The notes under the pieces: model-generated
What the model was told of the DNA's origin: nothing
The model's database searches: none
Seen by the model: only the letters and a program-made list of their open reading frames with translations
Position numbers and translations under genes: made by a program
Assembly (NCBI GenBank): GCA_020137815.1
Contig: CM035362.1
Location: 186,001 to 250,000, forward strand
Direction of reading: 5' to 3'
From: Hormiphora californensis
Lineage: Eukaryota; Animalia; Ctenophora
DNA length: 64,000 nt
In this document: positions 13,001-24,085 of the stretch, in pieces
How positions within the stretch are numbered: position 1 is the stretch's first letter
Layout: every line of letters begins with the position of its first letter

Positions 13001-14871
13001 ATCTATCTAATTTACGCAAAAGACGATTAGCGTCACTAGAAGCTCGTTCTTGTTGGTATAATTATTATTTTGCTGGTTCAGTTATATATGCTGTATTAAA
13101 TGATTTACATGTGAGAGTCAGATTGTGTAAATAACTGAAAGTAGACCTGAAACACTCCTTCGACCTACATTTTGGTATTGTTCTGACGGAAATTACTTCA
13201 CCAAAACTCATACACACATTATAATGTTATGTGTTTATCAATCATATCAGAGTTTTGGACATGTTAAAAACTTCAAAAGAACCGTTTTGTTGGAACGAAC
13301 TAAGCTACATTTGAGCTCCATGGCAGTGATCTAAATCTCATTGAGATCTAAAGTTATCGATAGAATGTGACAGTGAATTATAGTAGTTTTAGTACTAATC
13401 CCCCCTCCCTCTCACAGGTTCATATGAGATGTTGCTGTGTCAGGGCAGTAAAACTGCTATCATGTGCGGGGGATCCGGATCAGAAACTCTGGAGATCCAA
13501 CAGGCTACTTTCAGTAGGGCCAACTATATCGGGTTAGTTACATTCAGTAGAGCCAACTATATCGGGTTAGTTACATTCAGTAGAGCCAACTATATCGGGT
13601 TAGTTACTTTCAGTAGGGCCAACTATATCGGGTTAGTTACTTTCAGTAGAGCCAACTATATCGGGTTAGTTACTTTCAGTAGCGCCAACTATATCGGGTT
13701 AGTTACATTCAGTAGAGCCAACTATATCGGGTTAGTTACTTTCAGTAGAGCCAACTATATCGGGTTAGTTACATTCAGTAGGGCCAACTATATCGGGTTA
13801 GTTACATTCAGTAGGGCCAATTATATCGGGTTAGTTACTTTCAGTAGGGCCAACTATATCGGGTTAGTTACTTTCAGTAGAGCCAACTATATCGGGTTAG
13901 TTACTTTCAGTAGAGCCAACTATATCGGGTTAGTTAGATAGCTCCAGACCTCTACCTCTACTCCCCATGATATATTTATATGGTACCATTGTACAGCATT
14001 CATAAAGCATTCATACCTCTACTTCTCTTTTCTATTCATTATAATTATTAATTAATAGGATACCCACTACCCTTTGTCAAACAATGGGCCATTTCAAAGC
14101 GAGATGGTTTTCCCTCTCTCACTCGATGATCGAGCACTCTCGGCATCCTCCTCACGGCTCACTCTATCATCCAGTGGGAGGGGGATCCAGTGCCTCCTGG
14201 CTGTAATCTGTATCAGACTTACTGAGGGGTTATCAGTGTCGTAATTACTAGTTAGCGTATATATCACACGGAAGTAGTATTATTAGTGGTTAGATAGTTA
14301 GACAGTTATATAGTTAGATAGTAGAGCAGCATTACAACATACTGTTATACTGTGTAATTGTCAAGGGAATACAGGTCTCTGCTGCGTGGATACATCTAGA
14401 GTTATTATTATCCAGGCTCCTATCTCCTATCTCTAGATACATGGAGTTATTATTACTCTCCTATCTCTCTACAAATATACAATATGGAGATATTATTACT
14501 CTCTATCCTCCCTATAGGTCGGTGTGTGATACAGGCAGTAGGGTAATGGGGACGTGTGCTTACGATGCTGATTCAGTGAAACAGAAGATTGATTCCCATT
14601 GTACCGGAAAGGAATCCTGCTTTATCGAGTAAGTAATTTAAGAAGTGCATAATTGTTAGTAGTATTAATTGATTACACATATACCTTACATGCACAAGGA
14701 ACCAAATTATGTTTCCATCCAATAACATTTTTAGAGATAACTGGTGTCTTGTTTACCAGAACCTACACACACAATGTGTCATCCCATGTAACATATTACA
14801 TCTAAAACATTGTTCGTAGAAAACAATAAACCATTGATAGGAAAGCGAGAGAGAGAGAGATAGAGGGGAGG

Positions 14872-14918
<47 letters not shown>

Positions 14919-17900
14919 GAGAGAGAGGGAGGGGAGAGAGAAAGACGGATAGGGAGAGAGCTGGAAACAGGTGTTTAGAAAGCAAGGGAAAGCCGTTTGT
15001 TTGTTTCTGAATGTGTAAGATAGAGAGTGTGTATGCACAATGTACATGTGTGTAAAAGAGAGAGGATAGGAAGAGAGAGATAGAGAGATAGAGAGAGAAA
15101 AGAGAGAGGAAGAAGGCCGTTACACAAACAAACATTGCTCCGACAATTACCTCACCCCATTGAAACATACCCCTCGCTTCAACCCTATTCTCTGCGAAGA
15201 AGAAGAGTGGGTATACACTATACAACTTGTCTGGGTTACAAATGAGGATTAGAACATAACCATATATCATACTATTATTAAAGCAAATAGGGAAATGATG
15301 GGTGATGGTTTTTTTACCAAATATGGCACAAAATTCCTGGAAATGGCCTTTTGCACGTTTTGTCCCTAGAGGGACCCTGGCAACCTGCCAGCTTTAGCCT
15401 TAAACTGCACGTGCATCCTTGATTCATCTCTCTGCCGGTTGTGTGATTGATCGTTTGCTCGATTTGATCTGTTCACCCCCTGTTCACCACGTTTCGTGAA
15501 CATGACTACTCAACTTCAACACAATCGCCAGCGAGTTTGGAGGAGCCATATGTCCCAAACTGGCGCTGACGCCTATAGACTACGTGATAGAATCCTACAA
15601 AAGAGATGATTATTATTCAAAAAATGTTGTCAACACACGTAATAACAAAGTATCAATGGCACTAATAAGAAATGGCAGTAATACGTGAAAGTATTTTGCA
15701 AATGTGCTCCTTCATAAAATACTTTAGGACCTGGCAAAAGAGGACCCGTGGTTTTTCTGTCGAAAGAATCGCTGTGGTTAATTTACCTGATAAATTTACT
15801 GATTTTAAAAATTTCAAATGATACTACACTATTTGCTTAGTTTACTGTATGACCATTGACCATCCCCGACATTCGCCCGTAGGGCGAGCGGGCTTACTAG
15901 TTAATATTAATACAACCTCTCTCTCCCAGGGCCAGTCAGGATTTCTTTGGTGACGACCCCTGTCCACAGCACGAGAAGACTCTGGCTGTACTCTACAAAT
16001 GTCACGGTAAGGCAATGTTCTCCATGTGCCTACATTATGTCATCGTTTTCCCCTTTTTTATAGTTTTTTTCCTTTTTCAACATCCCAATGCCAAATTATA
16101 CGTAGAGTAAACTGGGGTAAAGCCAATATTCAATGTGTCTTCTTCCCCACATCTACCACATCTACCACAGGAACATCCCATCAATCTCCATCCCATTATT
16201 CTTTGTGTGTGTTACTATATCCTCGCTTTTTCACATGCACATTGCCCCCCAACATTGCAATGTTCACATAGCTGATATATCTCCAAATTGAGGAGGCTGG
16301 ATGTTTATAGAATATTTAAAGTGTTCTGCAACTAGGATAATAGCATATAATAATAGTAGGGTGGGTAGGTAGTGAATTTGTTCAATTATTCAAGAAATTA
16401 GATCTATATGCAACAAACAATGGATTGAATCTAAAGCTCGCCTACCAATTCTCTCACCCTGTGTTAACTGTCCTTCTCTTGATCATTTAATTATCTCTAT
16501 CCCAGGCAACTCTGATGCGGGTGTGCAAGTATTGGTAGGATTTATTGTGATCATCCTAATTTCACTGCTACTGGCCGCTGTGGGCTGGGTTTACTACGCA
16601 TACAGAAACCCAACTTCACCAAGTGGATTATGGCTCATCAAGGTTTGTTGTGATTTGTTTTATACCAATGTTTGATCTAATAAGTTGAGTTTTGTAGCTT
16701 ACACTGCTCTCTGTGAGGGTTCGTTCAAAAGTTGAGCACCTGAAAAATTAATCTGCTTCTTTTTCAAATTAAACAACACGTTCATAATTTATACGGGTCA
16801 GGAGAGTATCACGAACTTCGATACAAACAGTAGCCATGACTCTTGTTTGTTGACTCCCGAGAGAGTCAGCACTTAGCATATTAAATTTTAGTGTCCGGGA
16901 CTCTGATCCAGATAGCTGTCTGCTGAGTGTAAAATGTACGATAGGGATGGCGCGCGGACTCTAGCTCTGTACAAAGTACCTCCCGCGCGCATTGTTAGCA
17001 GTGGGTATCTACCGGCTTATGGGGATCTAAGTTATAAATATAGCCATGGTACAACTTATGTACTTGAAGTACATTCTGCCTACGGACTCTATTTGGTAGT
17101 GCGAGGTTGTCTTATGTCTAACAAAAGAATGCCCTCTCCGAACCGGGACAGCCATGTATGACAAGCTTTGTGACATTTAATATGAGATGCGGGGGATCGA
17201 CCTAAGTTGCTCGCCCCTCTCTCTCCCCGTAAACTTAAAGGAGGGTTAGAACAACGTGGGAGCGATATAAATATGAATGATTCAAACTAATCCCTTTATC
17301 TCGGATCACGGTCTGACGTAAGCAGCGAGAGAGAATTCATACCCTTCTGAACTATTGTTGCTGACATGATCACTATCTCGCTATCTCGTAGAGCTAATCA
17401 CCATAGAAGAACATAGAACATAGAAGAATATGGTCGCTGCTCTAACGCTCTCCCTGGGTGGACAATGGACTAACAAGAATCTTATAGAAGCAAGTCGGAA
17501 TTCCGAGAATTTGATATATCGCTTGATCATCACGAACATGTGACAAGTATGATCCATTAATCCCTGTTTGGGTAGATTCTGCAGGCTCTTACAGATCGAT
17601 AAAATATCATTCGGACGGGACTCTTACCTACTTGATTATCTTTCGCATGATGCATGCCCTATTATTAAACCCGTCAGTCAACTCCAGCAATAGACACGTA
17701 CCTCCCTTAGTAGAGTTAGAAAGGGGCTGATTTGAATTCATCTAACCTGATGAGGTTGACTTGTCTAATTTCGAAATTGGAATTTCTCATCTAATGTAAA
17801 ACTTTGGAAATAAATGAAGGTCGCTTTGAACCACCATGGCTCTCCTCTCAAATCAATCAAAGATTATTCTCAATTGATTCAACGATTCAAATCATGAAGT

Positions 17901-18006
17901 TTAACATAACATTGATTGTTCTAACATGTTATATTTTCAGTATGGCCGATTCTGGAAGTCCTCGGTTTACAAGGCAGATGACACGGGGACCGAGTCTGGG
18001 GTGTGA
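3030..18006 (+). CDS. PLXDC: Plexin domain-containing protein (PLXDC/TEM7-like): signal peptide, NIDO-like region, PSI domain, Thr-rich stalk, SUEL-type lectin domain, TM helix, short tail
   Basis: Exons 3030-3078, 3770-3858, 4281-4445, 4778-4847, 5693-5815, 9886-9955, 10130-10194, 10392-10485, 10652-10747, 10922-11003, 11581-11708, 12218-12523, 13418-13532, 14518-14628, 15930-16006, 16506-16642, 17941-18006. All are GT-AG with compatible phases except for one extra base in exon 6. PLXDC hallmark peptides: HDYYNS, LPFTFPFYG, TGGFIFVGE..TQYIAPLMAEFDPS, VQW, FTFQVHLYKNGDIVFAYKEVP, VRVGIAEAY, IHEYH, LPTC...CDSCSSQEIGFECVWC...C, and the post-TM YAYRNPTSPSGLWLI. Confidence 0.9.
3124..3652. mobile_element. 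MITE with TIR TAGGAACCGGACGTTT and internal (TTTCG)n array, in PLXDC intron 1
   Basis: 16-bp perfect inverted termini enclose TTTCG/GAAGACTGAAAA repeats. No clean TSD seen. Confidence 0.75.
3909..4228. repeat. ~28-33-bp minisatellite (CAACAAATATATCTGTTCCCCCTCCCCT), intronic
   Basis: About 11 visible tandem copies in PLXDC intron 2. Confidence 0.95.
4934..5579 (-). mobile_element. Non-autonomous Helitron, copy 1
   Basis: On the minus strand it has a 5' TC start, a 3' CTAG end and the subterminal hairpin TCGCCC-GTA-GGGCGA. It is inserted between A and T with no TSD, and is near-identical to 15267-15900. Confidence 0.85.
6184..6330 (-). mobile_element. Probable 3' end of a second Helitron-like family, with CATGGTAAC repeats
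   Basis: ACTAG followed by a GCACC...GGTGC hairpin and CTCAAG...GGGCA.TTGAAAACC. A related sequence lies at 62787. The 5' end was not located. Confidence 0.45.
6791..6858. repeat. Short dispersed repeat (TTGTTATGTTCTAACCCTCCCTTTACAT...AACAGTCTAGC)
   Basis: Similar copies at ~39689-39755 and ~45107-45175, with mirrored copies at ~50575-50625 and ~55750-55820. Confidence 0.7.
8251..9718. mobile_element. 1.47-kb foldback element, Chapaev/CMC-like non-autonomous DNA transposon
   Basis: Near-perfect ~700-bp inverted arms, 5'-CACGG...CCGTG-3' termini and a 4-bp TSD ATCT (8247-8250 / 9719-9722). CAC/GTG ends with a 4-bp TSD match the Chapaev description. Confidence 0.85.
10210..10255. repeat. 46-bp perfect loopless palindrome just inside PLXDC intron 7
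   Basis: TCCTCTTCCTCATTGCCTTGCTC|GAGCAAGGCAATGAGGAAGAGGA. Confidence 0.9.
13507..13936 (+). repeat. 33-bp tandem repeat (13 copies) made of an exon 3' end plus its splice donor
   Basis: Unit ACTTTCAGTAGGGCCAACTATATCGG|GTTAGTT, which reads TFSRANYIGLV in frame. Confidence 0.95.
15267..15900 (+). mobile_element. Non-autonomous Helitron, copy 2
   Basis: A|TCATACTATTATTAAAG...TCGCCCGTAGGGCGAGCGGGCTTACTAG|T. It ends 29 nt upstream of PLXDC exon 15. Confidence 0.85.
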
Positions 18007-18381
18007 GGAGATACACGGAAGCAATCTTTATACGGTATAAAGATGAGACTAACATTCCGCTGCAGAGAGACAATGGAAACACAGATCGCATAGAAACTAT
18101 GATAGAAAGATAGAGAGAAGTTGAGAGAGGAGAGTGAGATGTTCAGATTAGAGTGTGTGTGTTTTTTTTTCAGATTCAAACTTCAGATTATATTTTTAGA
18201 AACAGCTTGCTTCAGTTTTCCGGACCGGGTTTCAATATTATATTTGTGCAAGAGCGCCAAACTGAACCGAGGTCTTAGAGTTTTACTCCAGATGTCTGGA
18301 TCATTGCGTGACCATTTGGAAACTTCAAGTAGCTTCACTGCATTCGGTTCAGTTTAGGACTCCCTCTGCCCCTTCTATACG

Positions 18382-18432
18382 CTGTCTGGCGACGCCGTTT
18401 TGCGCCCAGACCGGGTCGGCGTCGCCAGACAG
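18382..18432. mobile_element. 51-bp micro-MITE with 16-bp TIRs and 8-bp TSD
   Basis: TCTATACG|CTGTCTGGCGACGCCG...CGGCGTCGCCAGACAG|TCTATACG. Confidence 0.85.
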
Positions 18433-19780
18433 TCTATACGCGGCTTTGTGTGATATTTGGAACCTTGTGTGTACAGATATGTGTATAATTACAGAGAGGA
18501 CCTATCAGAATATTATATTTGATGTTACTACTCAGATAATACAGACATTATAATTATTTTCTGGAGATCCTAGGTTGTAGTGGTTTAGAATTAGAGAGTT
18601 ATAGTGTGTATCAATATTCAAATATCCACTTTGTGAGATGAAACATTTCGTGATCCCGGATTTTAGGTAGAACTGAGATAAATTAGAATGTATTTACAGG
18701 ACTGTTACTGGTTACAGCCCGTTAGAAACGGCTATTATATCAAGTGAAAGCAGCCTGAAACAGACACTGTATGATACTACCCAGGTGGATCACAGTCAGA
18801 TTTTAGTAGTAGATTAAGATAGGCTACTAGGTATGCTTCTCATTAGAACAATAGAACGTCATGCTCCTGTTATTGTATAACTCGATGATGAATTGTAGAA
18901 ATTGAACTTGGAGGTGTACAGTTAATTTTTGTTTCTCTATAAACAAATACATCAGTGTTTATTTTGTACATTGCCAACAAGTTGATGCTTTCAGGAATGA
19001 ACTTTGTTAATGATGGGTACATCGGGAGCGAAGACCTAAACTTTAGACTGCATTCATACGCGGCGCATGCCGCATGCGCGCCACACGGCGTAATTTAATT
19101 TCGATTTCAATCATTTTTTAAGTTTAAGTTTTTTTAACGTTTTTTTCCCTTGAAAACTGAAAAGCGCTGCCTTATCCCGCGCTATCGGGGGCCAGCAACG
19201 TTTGCCAATTTTTTTCCAAAATTTGACAATTGATGGTCTCTGTCGTATGTGCTGAGTGCTCTTGCGATTAGGTTGTTAGATTGTTGATTAGGTTGAGCGA
19301 ATCATAGGTGGCATCCGCCTGTCTGGGTCTCTACGTGCATTGTGCATGCATGCAGTGCTCAGATTAAGAATCAAAACGAGGTCGGGTGCCTTCAGACGGG
19401 CCTCTGTTGTGGTCAATTTGTTCTTTGTACTCAGACCATGGGTGGTTTTCAGAGCAGAGGAGACATTTGTAAGGCTCGGTAGTTAGCGGACGCTGCCTTA
19501 CAGCCATGTATGCAGTATTACTGCATCCACGGCTGCAAGGCACCGTCCACTAACTGCAGCAGTTCTTCAGCCGTGCAATGTGGCCATGGGGCACTATCAT
19601 GGAACCTTCCTGATCTCCTTCTCGGCCTACGAAAAATTCAAACGAATTACATTTTGTATATTCCATTACAAAACAGGATGATTCTGGATTCGTTACATTT
19701 ACAGTCTTAACAAATCACTGCAACATTTGTCTGATATACACATTGTCCCCTTGTTGGTACCTCTTCCAGGAGGACACATC

Positions 19781-22700
19781 TCAATTAACTGAGTTCATGT
19801 TAAGGGTCACAGGACTGACACCACCAAAGTACTTCATATAACGGGCCTCCAAGAACCTCAATCGATCCGTCTGATTCTTGCTCTTTATCTGGCCGCCATG
19901 CAGCCCAAAGTCCAGGGGTAGGACAATAACGCAGGGAGCCTTGTCCAGGACCCCCTCTGCCCCTGCTTGTCTGTTGAAGAAGTTGTGCCGCCACAGTCTT
20001 GGGAGGGAGAGCGTGGTTTCTAGGAGAGATCCATCGTTGGAAATGTGCGACATGAGACGCTCTTTGAACTTCTCACCTGTAGAGAAATTGATGTCACTTC
20101 GGATAAAATGATACAACTAGCTAACCATTTTAATAAGAAAAACTAATACTAAGTGCATGTTATGCATAACACATGACTAATTATGTTCTGTTCACCCCCT
20201 TTTGATTTGATTCAACCCCTTATTGACGAACTTAGCACATGTGATCTTACCTTCACCAACTGCAAGCAGACGGGGAGAATTCTCTAGAATCCCAACATAG
20301 CCTTGTGAGGGGCAATCGTATTCTTGGGCGGGATCAAAGATGTCAATGTAATATACCATAGATCTGAAGATGGGAAATATAGTTATTTCTGGTTCTGTCC
20401 TCTTTCTTGTTTGTAGGGATATTATAAATGTAACTGTAGTTTGATATCAAACACTATATCATACCTGCATGATAAGGGATTAGTTACAAACTGCTCGCAT
20501 TGTTTCCTGTACAATTCCTCACTCTCACAATCACCCAGAACAGCAGAGGGTTTGCACTTCCCCTTTAGCACATCTTTCCAATAGAGCCTGTTGTTAAAGG
20601 CAATCCTGATAGCTGCCATTAGCCGCTTACTCCTCCCCTTGATTTCCTCTGACATCTGGGAGAGAGATTGGCCACATTGATGCCTGAGTGAGATCGAGGT
20701 CGATCTCACATCTAGGCCTCCGGCCCGTTATTGATTTTAGAGCAAACTTTTTCAAAGACCTGGCTGCAAGGAACTACTGAACCGATTTACATCTCGTTTG
20801 TTGCTCCTGGCAGGTAATTGTCTCTAGTTTTACGGAAAATACCCGCGAGTATCAGCATTTGAGAATTAGTGGGTCAAAATTGACTCTAAACATGGGCAAT
20901 TCTTTAAAGACCTGGCTGCAAGCTCCTACTCGGTCCTGGGACAATCTGCGGGTACTGGGAGAATCGTCATGGCCCTGTGAGCATGGGAAAATACCCGCCG
21001 ATTCATCACGATGCGAAATGAGGCGGTAATTGACGTTTGAGTAGTGCTAGGTCAGCTAAAAAGGTCTCCCAAAACAGTCTGTCGCGCGGGATTTGCTGAA
21101 AAACGTGCTTTACATCGCGCGCACGTGAGTTCTTGCTGTCCACGGGCCGGGAGCCTATTCTTCGCGGAGCGAGAATAGGTTGCATTGGAGCCAAGGAGAG
21201 AGAGAAGTGAGTTAGTAATCAGCTCCCATTTGATCTCGAAACTCATCCGACGCTTGTTAAGTCTTAATACAACATTGGGAGCTGTCAGGCCAATGTTCTG
21301 AGCGTGTGCAGAAAGAAATGAGAATAGAGTCAGGACAATACTCTGACAGATTGGGACAAGGGAGATTGGGAGTCGGGAGAATAGGGGTTGGGAGAAGGGA
21401 AGTATTAGTTCACCTCTTTTGAGAACAGATAAACGTCTCCTGGATGTGCTGCTGAGTAAACGGGTACTCTGTCATTTGTTAGATCGACCTGAAAAACAAT
21501 ATGTTACAGAGAAGTGTCATTGCGATTTCCTTCTCGGTGCAGTAGTTACAGTGGGACCCCGATTTAACAGCACCCTCGTTACCTTGTTCTTCTCCATGTA
21601 TGCCATATCAATGACGAACGTGTGACGTAATCTGAATTCTGAATCAGGAAGCAGTCCCGGTACAAGAGGGATAATGGTGTTCCTGTAAAGAAACAAGGAT
21701 TAGAATATGTGTTTGATTAGTTACGAGGCAGCTTCTCTAGCGTCTAAGTGTGTCTAGAATACTTGTAACTGCCATCTTTTAAGTAATTGTGGGTGATATT
21801 GAGACAATTTTAACAGTTCTTACTTTAGATCATATCGGCGTGTTTCTGGATCGTATTTGACAACATTTCCAGTGACCGAACAGCATTCTCGTGGAACCTG
21901 CACCTCCGTTTTTGTAGCTTTTCTTCCTGATAGGATTGAGATTGAGTCACGTGATAAGCTGTTTTCGTGTTCCGTAGTTCCGTATGAAAATAAGTAGTTT
22001 ATTATCAAATCACGAAATTAAAACTGTGGAATCAATCACTTAGCACTAGTATAAACAATTCAGTGAAACACACTACTTACCCAGTTTCTTCATGTAGTGG
22101 CGTTTCATTCTGGTCCTGTCTGGTAGGTGAATGTATCCTCCCTGAGCTATCTCGTTCACCTCGGCTTCCTCCATGTGTGTCTGGACACGCACCAAGTGGG
22201 TCTCGGCAAGTTTCCTGTGAGCCTGAGGGGAGAGAGATTGTTCGGAATGTTTTCTTCTAGATCATTCGGGAAATTGCTGAATACTATTCTACTTCAACAA
22301 CAACAACAACAACAAAATGGATTTATATACCGACTAAATAGACAAGTACTCTCGATTGGTTCGAAGAGCAGTTGCCATTCATAGCGGTTCTCTCATTCTA
22401 TCTTGACATATTGGTTGACAAAAGGTCTTAAATGGTAACTCATACTGGTGACTTATAACTGACATATATAGTAGACTTTATTAACTCTCAACACTTGGTG
22501 ACTGTGGGTGACAAGTATAATCAGAAAAAATAATAACAAAAATGATAAACTGAAAAGTATCTTAGATCTTAAATTAATTATTGAATATTATGTACTTCAA
22601 GTTTATTCAAATACACTGCAGTATATTACCTGTAATCCCGCTCTATCGTGCGTCATATTCATGATTTGTTTTAGGATGTATTTCTCAGTCTCCGTGAGAT

Positions 22701-23032
22701 GAAAAACAGAGGGTTCTGTTTTCTCTCCTGCTGTTCCATTCTCTCCTCCGCCTCCCTCTGCAGTAGCGGTCCCAGCGGATGATAGCGAATCTGTGTGGAG
22801 AAATACAGGTTAGTTTTAAAAGAAAGTGTGTGGAGTTCCTTGAACTGGGAAAATGTTTACCCAGTTGTACCCCATCTAGCTATCTAGGAAAGTATAGCCT
22901 AGGGTGGATGGATGGATTTTAGTTTATATTTTTTAGTGGAGATATCAAAAATATACCTTTGTTAGGATCTGAAAAGGTTATTCTTTTTGGGACTGGGGCA
23001 CTCCCTGGGGGTTGGGAAACAGCGGTGGCCAT
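19781..23032 (-). CDS. 418-aa protein with a putative C-terminal GIY-YIG endonuclease-like domain and an unrecognised N-terminal region
   Basis: Exons 23032-22957, 22790-22630, 22222-22081, 21926-21824, 21682-21583, 21488-21414, 20655-20465, 20363-20251, 20076-19781. All are GT-AG and join into a 1257-nt uninterrupted ORF. Motifs: SCRSMVYYIDI...QGYVG...KERLMSH...LRFLEARYMKYF...PVTLN. The gene model is well supported; the domain call is by eye. Confidence 0.8.
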
Positions 23033-23587
23033 TTTTACAAATTTCCAGTGCGATAAAAAGTGTTCTCAGCCGTACTACTGCTAGTAAAACATTTAATAAC
23101 TAATAAAATAAAGCCGACAACTGCAGATTTATTCAAACACTTATAATAACGATGTACAGTGTACAAAAACCACAATGGTCTTATAATCATGTGAACTGTG
23201 AACCACAAACTACTAAAATCACCATGGCAACCACCAACAAAGTTAATTAGTTGAGCACCTAAATGTGCAGTGAAACCCGGTAGAGTGGGTGAATTACGTC
23301 AGCAAGACAGGGGGTATTCATCCCCGACAAAGATGCTTCAAAGAGCAGTATGTGATGTTGGGCACATGGGGCACAGTCGACTAGGAAAGAAAGAAGGGAA
23401 GATAGATAGAAAGAGAGATAGAGAGAACGAGAGAGGGAGAAAGATAGAGTATGTGTAATATATAGCTCATTCTGCTAAGTGAATCCTGGTAGCAGGGGAC
23501 AGATAGGGTTACCATAAGACAGCAGCAGTAAGGAGTATAACAACACTATCGTGGAGTCTGGATTTATTTGTGCTCTTTTTTCCATGT

Positions 23588-23643
23588 CTCTCTCTCACTC
23601 ACTCTCCCTCTCTCCCTCTCTCTCTCTCCTCCTCTCCTCTCCC

Positions 23644-23681
<38 letters not shown>

Positions 23682-23723
23682 CTCTTTTCCCTCTCCCCCC
23701 CCTCTCTCCCCCCTCCTCTCTCT

Positions 23724-23754
<31 letters not shown>

Positions 23755-23791
23755 TTTCTCCTCTCTCTCTCTCTCTCTCTCTCTACCCCCT

Positions 23792-23828
<37 letters not shown>

Positions 23829-24085
23829 CCCTTCGCTCTCTCTCTCTCTCCTCCTCTCTCTCTCTCTCTCTCTCTCTCCCCCTCCTCTCTCTCTCTCTCT
23901 CTCCCCTCTCTCTCTCTCGGGGTCTCTCTCTTCTCTCTCCTCTCCTCCCCTCTCTCCTCTCTCTCTTCTCTCTTTTTCTCCCCTCTCCCTTTCTCCCCCT
24001 CTCTCTTCCCTCCCCCTCTCTCTCTCCTCCTCTCTCTCTCTCTCTCTCTTCTCCTCTCTTCTCTCTCACCTTTCCCCCTCTCTCT
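23588..24085. repeat. Degenerate (CT)n microsatellite
   Basis: Directly visible. Confidence 0.95.

Noticed and set aside
13507-13936. CRISPR-like array of 33-bp repeats
   Set aside because: The repeats are contiguous with no unique spacers, there are no cas genes, and the context is a eukaryotic intron.
19781-23032. Naming the gene ANKLE1 or SLX1, or calling it an active Penelope element
   Set aside because: No ankyrin/LEM, RING or reverse-transcriptase motifs are recognisable, and the domain position differs from SLX1.
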